Assembly (NCBI GenBank): GCA_963716475.1
Contig: OY970314.1
Coordinates: forward strand, 303,226 to 352,980
Source of the DNA: Candidatus Woesebacteria bacterium
Lineage (GTDB): Bacteria; Patescibacteriota; Microgenomatia; UBA8517
Direction: 5' to 3'
DNA: 49,755 nt
This document shows positions 37,024 to 44,486 of this stretch, one piece after another. Below the pieces are notes generated by a model. That model was not told where the DNA came from, did not search any database, and saw only the letters and a list, made by a program, of their open reading frames with translations. The translations under genes were made by a program, and so were the position numbers. Numbering within the stretch: the stretch's first letter is position 1; each line of letters begins with the position of its first letter.

Positions 37024-38760
37024 TTAATTTAGACTCTTTTCGTCTATCTCTTTTCTCAACGCTTTTAAGAATTCTTCAAGATCTTTTGCTCCGAGATCTT
37101 CTCCGCTTCTTTTTCTGACAGCGATTTTATTGGATTCAACTTCCCTATCTCCTACAACGAACATATAAGCAACTTTTTCAAGTTGAGCGTCGCGGATTTT
37201 AGCTTGAAGCCTTTCACTTCTGTCGTCCACTTCGACCCGAATATCTGATTTTTTTAACACTTCTGCAACTTTATTTGCATATTCCAGATGCTTTTCAGTA
37301 ATTGGCAAGACTTTTACTTGAACGGGTGTCAACCAGGTCGGGAAATTACCGGCAAAATGTTCAATAAGAACCATCAGGAATCTTTCCGGAGAGCCTACAA
37401 TTGCCCTATGGATCATAACAGGCCTCTTTTCTTTGCCGTCCGAATCAATGTAGCCTAGTTTAAACCTTTCAGGGAGAAAGAAATCAATCTGAACCGTAGA
37501 AAGCTGCCACTCGCGTCCCAGTGAATCTTTGGCTATAAGATCCATTTTGGGAGCATAGAAAGCTGCTTCCCCGGGACCATCGAAATATTCAATTTTGTTA
37601 CGTTTCATAATATTTTCCGCCCACTTTTCGGTCTTTTCCCACACCTTAGGATCCCCTATATATTTTTCGGGGTGTTCTGGATCATGAGTTGATAACCTGT
37701 ATTTATAGGTTAAATCGAAGGTTTTCATTATTTCTTTAGTCATAGATAGAGCCATATCAACTTCAGCATCGACCTGGTCTTCTCTACAGAAAATATGACA
37801 ATCGTCCTGGGAAAAAGCCCTAACACGAGCTAAACCTGAAAGCTCGCCGGGTTTTTCATCCCTATATAACATGGCAAAATCGGTTAAACGAATTGGAAGA
37901 TCTCTATAACTTCTGGCTTTTGAAGCGTAAATCTGGGTGTGTTGCGGACAGTTCATTGGCTTAAGGAAAAATTCCTCATCGGAATAACTGGAAACTACCC
38001 TAAACATAGAGTCTTTATATTTGTCGTAATGACCTGAGGTTTTGAAGAGTTCCGCCTTGGCAATTTGAGGGGTCCAAACCTGGGTATAACCCTGAGCAGC
38101 CTGAACTGATTCAACATATTCATTAATTAGTCTTCGAACCAGCGCGCCTTTCGGTGTATAGAGAGGTAGTCCTGCACCAACCAGTTCAGAAAAAGTAAAT
38201 AGGTCGAGTTCTTTACCTAATTTTCTATGATCACGCTTTTTTGCTTCCTCTTGTAAGGTAATATAGTCGTCTAATTCCTTTTGTGTCGGAAAAGCAGTAC
38301 CGTAAATGCGTGTCAGCATTTTGTTTTTCTCGCTGCCGTGCCAATAAGCGCCAGCAACAGAAAGAAGTTTGAAATATTTGAGTTCTTCAGAGGGTTTCTT
38401 TATATGCCCTCCTTTACATAAATCTTTAAAATCTCCGGATATATAAATCGTCAATTCTCCATCTTGAGAATGTTCTTTGATAAGTTCTTCTTTATATTCG
38501 TTCCCGATAAACTCTCTCAGAGCCTCGTCTTTGGAAACAACCTGTTTTTCAAATCCCTTCCAGGATTTAACCAGCTCATGCATCTTATCTTCAATTTTGG
38601 CAAAATCTTCCTCTGAAATTTTTACTTCTCCAAAATCAACATCATAATAAAAACCATCCTCAATTGCGGGCCCGAGTGTAAGTTTTGCTTTGGGCCAAAG
38701 TTCCATAACGGCAGCAGCCAAAAGATGTGAACAAGAATGCCTAAGATTTTCTAATTCCAT
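37024..38760 (-). CDS. thrS: threonyl-tRNA synthetase lacking the N-terminal TGS domain
   Basis: It begins at the editing-domain HxxxH motif (RHSCSHLLAAAVMELWP). It has the class II core (FRDE..GEL.GL.RVR.F.QDD.H.F) and a C-terminal anticodon-binding domain. 578 aa. Confidence 0.95.
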   Translation of the reverse strand: MELENLRHSCSHLLAAAVMELWPKAKLTLGPAIEDGFYYDVDFGEVKISEEDFAKIEDKMHELVKSWKGFEKQVVSKDEALREFIGNEYKEELIKEHSQDGELTIYISGDFKDLCKGGHIKKPSEELKYFKLLSVAGAYWHGSEKNKMLTRIYGTAFPTQKELDDYITLQEEAKKRDHRKLGKELDLFTFSELVGAGLPLYTPKGALVRRLINEYVESVQAAQGYTQVWTPQIAKAELFKTSGHYDKYKDSMFRVVSSYSDEEFFLKPMNCPQHTQIYASKARSYRDLPIRLTDFAMLYRDEKPGELSGLARVRAFSQDDCHIFCREDQVDAEVDMALSMTKEIMKTFDLTYKYRLSTHDPEHPEKYIGDPKVWEKTEKWAENIMKRNKIEYFDGPGEAAFYAPKMDLIAKDSLGREWQLSTVQIDFFLPERFKLGYIDSDGKEKRPVMIHRAIVGSPERFLMVLIEHFAGNFPTWLTPVQVKVLPITEKHLEYANKVAEVLKKSDIRVEVDDRSERLQAKIRDAQLEKVAYMFVVGDREVESNKIAVRKRSGEDLGAKDLEEFLKALRKEIDEKSLN

Positions 38761-38927
38761 AACTTTATAATACTTCCTTGAAGACGATTCTTAAAGAAGA
38801 TTCGTGGTTCCACTTCAATTACTTCTCAAACTTATTCTCAAAACTTTTCAGGTTGGTGAATCCTGAATGCGAGCGCCTTGATAATTATCCGTCCATTGGT
38901 TCAATTTAATCGTAAGTTAGGAAAATG

Positions 38928-40739
38928 TCAATGCTTTGCCAGCTTTGCAGCCTTTCTGGCTTCGACTTCGTCCAAAATCATTTTTCTAATTCTAATTGAT
39001 TTAGGCGTAACTTCGACCAATTCTGTATCATCAATATACTCAAGCGCTTCTTCCAGACCCATTACACGCGGTGTATTAAAGTGTTCCATAGTTCCTTCGC
39101 CTTTGCTTCTCATATTTGATAACTTTTTCTCTTTGCAAACATTGATACGTAAATCGCCTGTACGGCTATGTTGCCCGACCACTTGTCCCTTATAGACTTT
39201 TACTGCAGGTCCCACAAAAAGTTCACCTTGGTCTTGTACCTGTGTCATCCCGTAGAGTCTGGTTTCCCCTGTTTCATAGGCAACCAAACTTCCACGTTCT
39301 CTTTCCCTTTGAAAACCGTCGTCAGGAAAATATTCAAAAAATGCGGCATTCATTATTCCAAGACCTTTTGTATCGGTAATGAATTCACTTCTAAAGCCAA
39401 TAAGTTCCTTTGTGGCAATGGTAAATTCTAAATAAGTAATTCCCTCTGTGGTTTCCAAATTATCCATTTTGGCGTGCCTCTGACCCATTTTTTGTATAAC
39501 CACTCCTGAATATTCCTCCGGTACTTCAATATAAACTTTTTCGTAAGGTGTATTAATCTTGCCATCTATTACTTTATTGACTACATGTGGCCTAGAAACC
39601 TGAAATTCAAAACCCTCCCGCCTTATGCGTTCGATAAAAATAGCTAAATGGAGCTCCCCTCTACCGTAAACTATCCAGGTTCCGTCGGTGTTGTCCTCAA
39701 CTTTTAGGGCAACATCGGTTTCCAGTTCTTTGTAAAGTCTGGCTCTGATTTGACTGGAAGTTTTGAATTCTCCCTCTTTACCGCCAAACGGGGAATTATT
39801 GACCATAAAAACCATTTTTACCGTAGGCTCTTCAATGTCAAGAAGCGGAAGAGCAACGGGTGTAATTGGGTCAGCAAAAGTTTCCCCGATATTTACATGA
39901 GACACACCGGTTACTGCCACAATGTCACCGGCAAGAGCCTCAGCCTCTTCAACCTTACCCAGACCCTTAAAGGTAGAAAGAGAAGTTATTTTATATTTGG
40001 TTATAGCTCCATCGCGGTCAATGTGAGCAATATCCTGGCCGTTTTTAATGGATCCTGAATGAATTTTCCCGATAGCAATTCTTCCTTTATAGTTGTCGTA
40101 TCCGATATTACTTACCAGCATCTGTAGTGGTTTATTAAGATTTGCGGCAGGAGCGGGAATATATTTTAATATTGCATCAAAAATAGGCGAAATATCGGTC
40201 ATTTTATCCAGTTCAGGGGTAAGTCCCGCACGTCCGTCACGACCCGATGCGTAAATAGTTGGGAAAAGTGCCGTTTCCTCATTGGCACCAAGTTCGACAA
40301 AGAGATCGAATGTTTTGCCCTGAACATATTCGGGACGTGCACCTTTTTTATCAATTTTATTAACAATGACAATAATTTTTAATCCTATTTTGAGAGCCTC
40401 TCTCAAAACGAACCGTGTCTGTGGCATCGGTCCTTCCTTGGCATCGACTAGAAGTAGCGCACCGTCGGCCATCGATAAAACACGTTCAACTTCTCCGCCA
40501 AAATCTGCATGGCCCGGTGTATCAATAATATTTATTTTGACCCCTTTATACTCAACTGAGGCGTTTTTACTAAAAATTGTGATTCCGCGCTCACGTTCAA
40601 GTTCATTACTGTCCATAATGGTTCCCTGTTCTGCGATCTCCTTTTTCATAACTGTGTGCGATTGGCGCAAAAGAGCATCCACGAGAGTGGTTTTTCCGTG
40701 GTCAACATGAGCAATGATAGCGACGTTCCTGATCTCCAT
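38928..40739 (-). CDS. typA: translational GTPase TypA/BipA
   Basis: MEIRNVAIIAHVDHGKTTLVDALL, DTPGHADFGGEVER and NKID, followed by EF-G-like domains. I place the start at ATG 40739, because the track's upstream extension runs through the tRNA gene. Confidence 0.95.
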   Translation of the reverse strand: MEIRNVAIIAHVDHGKTTLVDALLRQSHTVMKKEIAEQGTIMDSNELERERGITIFSKNASVEYKGVKINIIDTPGHADFGGEVERVLSMADGALLLVDAKEGPMPQTRFVLREALKIGLKIIVIVNKIDKKGARPEYVQGKTFDLFVELGANEETALFPTIYASGRDGRAGLTPELDKMTDISPIFDAILKYIPAPAANLNKPLQMLVSNIGYDNYKGRIAIGKIHSGSIKNGQDIAHIDRDGAITKYKITSLSTFKGLGKVEEAEALAGDIVAVTGVSHVNIGETFADPITPVALPLLDIEEPTVKMVFMVNNSPFGGKEGEFKTSSQIRARLYKELETDVALKVEDNTDGTWIVYGRGELHLAIFIERIRREGFEFQVSRPHVVNKVIDGKINTPYEKVYIEVPEEYSGVVIQKMGQRHAKMDNLETTEGITYLEFTIATKELIGFRSEFITDTKGLGIMNAAFFEYFPDDGFQRERERGSLVAYETGETRLYGMTQVQDQGELFVGPAVKVYKGQVVGQHSRTGDLRINVCKEKKLSNMRSKGEGTMEHFNTPRVMGLEEALEYIDDTELVEVTPKSIRIRKMILDEVEARKAAKLAKH

Positions 40740-40785
40740 ACCTATAGGGTATATTACTCCAAATGAAGCTGTTAAGCAAACCTTT

Positions 40786-40859
40786 GGGTGGACTCGGCGG
40801 GAATTGAACCCGCTACTCTTCCATGCCATGGAAGCGTGTTACCGGTATACCACGAGCCC
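40786..40859 (-). tRNA. tRNA-Ala (anticodon GGC)
   Basis: Folded by hand. The acceptor stem GGGCUCG/CGAGUCC includes the Ala-identity G3:U70 pair. The anticodon stem is CUUCC/GGAAG with loop AUGGCAU. The T arm is GCGGG-UUCAAUU-CCCGC. The variable loop is 4 nt and the discriminator is A. The 3' flank is CCC, so CCA is not fully encoded. Confidence 0.8.
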
Positions 40860-40889
40860 CCGTTTGAGGTACAATTATAACATCAAAAT

Positions 40890-41660
40890 ATGAACTTTAT
40901 CCACGTTCTAATCCTGTCTGCCATTGAAGGTTTAACCGAATTTTTACCCATTTCTTCTACAGGTCACCTTATTTTGACCTCAAAGCTTCTTGGAATTGGC
41001 GAAACCGATTTCGTTAAAACTTTTGAGATAGTCATTCAGCTCGGAGCGATTCTGGCCATAGTGGTTCTTTATTTTAAAAAGTTTTTGTCAAGTTGGGATT
41101 TAATTAAAAAACTGATTACCGCCTTTATTCCTACAGCAGCAGTGGGTTTTGTCCTCTACCCGTTTATCAAGCAAGTTTTGTTGGGAAGCAGCGCAGTGAC
41201 CCTAAACGCTTTATTTTGGGGAGGTATTGCTCTAATTGGTGTCGAATGGCTTTTGAAACATAAGAAGAAAACAGTTAAAAAACCCACAGAAATTACTTAC
41301 AATCAAGCACTGGTTATTGGCACTTTTCAATCTTTATCGGTAATACCCGGCGTTTCCAGAGCCGCAGCAACGATTGTAGGAGGTCTTCTGACCGGGTTAG
41401 ATAGATCAACCGCTACAGAGTTTTCTTTCCTTTTGGCAGTTCCCACCATGGTCGCCGCAACGGCTTTAGATATATATAAATCCCGCGACGTAATAACTAA
41501 GGGAGGCGTTCTAACGCTATTTGTCGGATCTGTTCTTTCATTTTTCTTTGCAATTATCGCGGTTAAATTTCTGGTTAACTATGTCAAAAAGCACGACTTC
41601 ACCTCATTCGGTATTTACCGAATTATTCTAGCCATTCTTTTTTGGATTTTTGTAAAGTAA
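40890..41660 (+). CDS. uppP: undecaprenyl-diphosphate phosphatase
   Basis: AIEGLTEFLPISSTGHL, the PGVSRAAATI.GGL motif and 8 TM helices are canonical BacA/UppP features. Confidence 0.95.
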   Translation: MNFIHVLILSAIEGLTEFLPISSTGHLILTSKLLGIGETDFVKTFEIVIQLGAILAIVVLYFKKFLSSWDLIKKLITAFIPTAAVGFVLYPFIKQVLLGSSAVTLNALFWGGIALIGVEWLLKHKKKTVKKPTEITYNQALVIGTFQSLSVIPGVSRAAATIVGGLLTGLDRSTATEFSFLLAVPTMVAATALDIYKSRDVITKGGVLTLFVGSVLSFFFAIIAVKFLVNYVKKHDFTSFGIYRIILAILFWIFVK

Positions 41661-41696
41661 ACAACACAAAACAACCCCCGTTTAATGACGGGGGTT
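41661..41696. terminator. strong GC-rich hairpin; canonical terminator in minus orientation, also directly follows the uppP stop
   Basis: AACCCCCGU-UUAAUG-ACGGGGGUU is a perfect 9-bp stem (41673-41696). On the minus strand GUUUUGUGUUGU follows it. On the plus strand there is no U-tract. Confidence 0.6.
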
Positions 41697-41915
41697 GCCC
41701 AACCTGTCAACCTCAACTTTTGTTGCCGTTTAAACTCTAATCTATATTTATAAATAGTGATTAGGAATGAGTTTAGCCCGCAAATTAGTTTGAAATTGGC
41801 AAAGTGTCTATAAAACTTTATTGGCTTACACCTCCTTTAAAAGTGCGCCCATTTATTAACTCCTTTCTGATTATTAATATTAGTTCTTTAAACTGAGAGA
41901 ATGCTTAAGTAAGGT

Positions 41916-42095
41916 ATGGTAAAATTGATTGTGAAGAAAATACCCAAGTTGTTCAAAATTTTATTAGTAATTCTTACTATTGGGTTTATCCTAATTTTAA
42001 TCCGCGGACCTGAAGATACCTGGATCTGTCAAAACGGAAGTTGGATCAAACACGGAGTACCTTCAGCCACTTCACCTCCTAACCCATGTAAATAA
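41916..42095 (+). CDS. 59-aa membrane-anchored small protein with a Cys pair (below the ORF-track cutoff)
   Basis: My own translation gives MVKLIVKKIPKLFKILLVILTIGFILILIRGPEDTWICQNGSWIKHGVPSATSPPNPCK: a basic N-terminus, one TM helix, and a short ectodomain with 2 Cys. Confidence 0.45.
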   Translation: MVKLIVKKIPKLFKILLVILTIGFILILIRGPEDTWICQNGSWIKHGVPSATSPPNPCK

Positions 42096-42113
42096 AGGTG
42101 TAAAATACCCTTT

Positions 42114-42382
42114 ATGAAACGATATGTAGATTAGAAGGTTATTGGTGCTCGGAATGCTGCGAAGGACGTAACTGCGTAAATTTTGGGAAACTTACGGACG
42201 GAACCTGGGGATGTGTTATTCACTCAGAAAAACCTCAAATTTGTAAGGATGCCAACTGTCTGGTTGAAATGGGAATTCCCATAGACGTAGCGATTGAAAA
42301 AGTTAAAGCATTGCCGGAGGGAGAATTCTTTGCTTCAAATTTAGAAGAGAAGTTGTATTCATCAATAGGTCTTATTGGCTAG
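42114..42382 (+). pseudogene. Cys-rich small ORF (CxxCC ... GxWxCxIH..KPxxC, YkgJ/zinc-or-iron-chelating-like) with no in-frame canonical start; possible frameshift
   Basis: The frame is open for 92 codons (42104-42379) before TAG at 42380-42382. It reads ...ICRLEGYWCSECCEGRNCVNFGKLTDGTWGCVIHSEKPQICKDANCLVEMGIP... The only upstream ATG (42114, MKRYVD-stop) is in a different frame. Confidence 0.35.
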
Positions 42383-43406
42383 TCCTAATAAGGCCGGTTT
42401 CGATAATTTTTCTTAAAAGTGTTTCGTAGTCATATCCTTTTACCCGGGAGGCCATAGGGAAATATGAAGTAAGTGAAATTTCGGGAGGAATAAGCCCGGG
42501 GGGGGAATTGACATCAAGAACAAACAAATTCTCTTGTTTATCCATTCTAAGATCTATCCTGCAAAAATCTGTAATGTTTAGGGCGTTCCATGTGTTAATA
42601 CAAACTTTTTCGATTTTATCTTTAAGTTTGGCATTAATTTTTGCTGGGCAATTGAAATAATCCTCGCCTAACTCTTCTTCAAGAAGCCACTTAACCTCAA
42701 GAGAATCTATAGAGTAATAGTCTTTGGGAAGACATTCATGTCGAGGTTCAATTATAGGAAGAACCTCAGGAGGGTTTCCCAGCATAGCCACGGAAAATTC
42801 CCTACCCTCAACAAAAGGTTCAATCAGAGCCGGCTCATGGAAAGTATACAAAATAAACTTAACCTGCTCGTAAAGTGTTTTGTCAGTATGTACAATGCTT
42901 TTATTGGTGATTCCAGCAGAAGAACCTCTGGCAACAGGTTTAACTATCAACGGAAAACGGAGTTTTGGGCCCAGCTTCTCATTTATACTTCTAATAACCC
43001 GGAAAGGAAGCGTGGGGACATTATTTTTAAGAAGGACCTGCTTCATTTTACTTTTGTCGATAATCAATTTTTGAACATTACTCGAACAACCTGAAAAAGG
43101 AAGGCCAATTTTTTCCAGTACCTCTGCCATATAAATTTTAGGGGTTGACCCGAAAACTTCTTCGGAGTAGTTCAGAGTAAAACCAATACTCTCTTTTTTC
43201 TCTGTCAACCTTTCTTCGGCTCTGTTATCGGATTCAATAGGAAAAACATCAAAACCCATGTGTTGAAGGTGTCCAACAATAGAATTTATTGTTTCCGGAT
43301 CGTCAAAATCGGTTTCCGTAAAGGTTTTGAAATCCTTCGGATCGGGATATTTATGCCTGACGTTATAGATAAATACTAACTTTTTTCCCTGAAGTAGGTT
43401 TGGCAT
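42372..43406 (-). CDS. ATP-grasp enzyme of the D-alanine--D-alanine ligase family (atypical N-terminus)
   Basis: FPLIVKPVARGSSAGI, ALIEPFVEGREFSVAMLG and CRIDLRMD....LFVLDVNSPPGL are Ddl/ATP-grasp motifs. The N-terminal domain lacks the usual GG.S.E..VS start. Confidence 0.8.
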   Translation of the reverse strand: MPNLLQGKKLVFIYNVRHKYPDPKDFKTFTETDFDDPETINSIVGHLQHMGFDVFPIESDNRAEERLTEKKESIGFTLNYSEEVFGSTPKIYMAEVLEKIGLPFSGCSSNVQKLIIDKSKMKQVLLKNNVPTLPFRVIRSINEKLGPKLRFPLIVKPVARGSSAGITNKSIVHTDKTLYEQVKFILYTFHEPALIEPFVEGREFSVAMLGNPPEVLPIIEPRHECLPKDYYSIDSLEVKWLLEEELGEDYFNCPAKINAKLKDKIEKVCINTWNALNITDFCRIDLRMDKQENLFVLDVNSPPGLIPPEISLTSYFPMASRVKGYDYETLLRKIIETGLIRTSQ

Positions 43407-43420
43407 AGATAGATATTACA

Positions 43421-43843
43421 CTATGTTATTGCCCGGGAATAAATAATAAAATCTTTTCGGTAATACAAATCCGGTAGTATTCCGATATTTTTAAAACCAA
43501 TTTTCAAATAAAAAGCATTTTCAGGCCAATCTTTACCTGTAACAAGCCAAATTCTGTGTGCACCGAGAGCCTTGCCGGATTCCTCAGCTTTTTTAATAAG
43601 CATTGATCCGACTCCTCTTCCTCGTGCACTTTCTGCCGTTATCACGCTCTCTACATAAATCACTCCTGCCTCGTGCTTTGCCAATATATATCCAAGTAAT
43701 TTTCCGTTCTCGGTTGCCTTGAATTTGAATTTCAACTCATTCCAAACAGCATCTTTGCCATAGTGCAGGAGATCTACCCTGTGCCATTCATCCTTATTCC
43801 AACCGGCAATATCCTTATTTGTAGCCTTGGTGATTGTAATCAT
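43421..43843 (-). CDS. GNAT family N-acetyltransferase
   Basis: VITAESARGRGVGSMLIKKAEE is the acetyl-CoA-binding motif A (R/Q-x-x-G-x-G/A). 140 aa. Confidence 0.85.
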   Translation of the reverse strand: MITITKATNKDIAGWNKDEWHRVDLLHYGKDAVWNELKFKFKATENGKLLGYILAKHEAGVIYVESVITAESARGRGVGSMLIKKAEESGKALGAHRIWLVTGKDWPENAFYLKIGFKNIGILPDLYYRKDFIIYSRAIT

Positions 43844-43913
43844 TTAACAAATTTTAACACAAATATAAAATTAACTATGAAATGATAGAATTAATTAGGA
43901 AGAGGGTGAGAAT

Positions 43914-44366
43914 ATGACGTTTTGGATTAAAGAGCTTTCAATTAAAAAAATACTTTTCGTAAGTATTATTTTTACTGTAATATCTTTTATAATCAGGCAG
44001 ATTGAGGCTATGCTGACAATCAAATATTATATGATGCCTCAATATTTCGGGGTTTGGAGTAAATTGATGATGCCTAGCGCCGGGCCGCCACCTGCGAGTT
44101 TTATGATCACATCCATTATTTTTACTTTCGTTACGGGGATATCAATTTCACTTATATATTACTATCTCAGAGATCATTTGCCTCCGGTTGGATTTAAAAG
44201 AGCATTTTATTTCGCGGACGTACTCATCGGAACATCATTTGTATTTTTTACTCTACCGGTTTACCTGATGTTTAATGTTCCTGTGGGATTGTTGATTTTC
44301 TGGTTTATATCAACCTTTATTATTCTGACAGCTGGAAGCTGGGTACTGGTAAAGATAGTTAAGTAA
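43914..44366 (+). CDS. hypothetical integral membrane protein (4 TM)
   Basis: 150 aa with four hydrophobic helices. A GAGGG-containing RBS-like stretch precedes the ATG. No motif recognised. Confidence 0.55.
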   Translation: MTFWIKELSIKKILFVSIIFTVISFIIRQIEAMLTIKYYMMPQYFGVWSKLMMPSAGPPPASFMITSIIFTFVTGISISLIYYYLRDHLPPVGFKRAFYFADVLIGTSFVFFTLPVYLMFNVPVGLLIFWFISTFIILTAGSWVLVKIVK

Positions 44367-44370
44367 GCGT

Positions 44371-44456
44371 AGCTTAGCCAGATAGAGCCCTGGTAAGCAA
44401 AGCTTGGCCAGATAGAGCCCTGGTAAGCAAAGCTTGGCCAGATAGAGCCCTGGTAA
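44371..44456. repeat. head-to-tail tandem repeat, 3 copies of a 30-bp unit AGCTTRGCCAGATAGAGCCCTGGTAAGCAA
   Basis: Copies lie at 44371-44400, 44401-44430 and 44431-44456. Copy 1 differs at one base (A for G at position 6). Copy 3 diverges after TGGTAA. There are no spacers. The array is intergenic, between a membrane-protein gene and mltG. Confidence 0.95.
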
Positions 44457-44486
44457 TAATTAACTCCATATCTGATAAAATGGGGC

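Noticed and set aside
40740-40829. 30-codon N-terminal extension of typA in the ORF track (MAWKSSGFNSRRVHPKV...)
   Set aside because: The extension runs through the tRNA-Ala gene. TypA homology starts exactly at MEIRNVAIIAHVDHGKT (ATG 40739).
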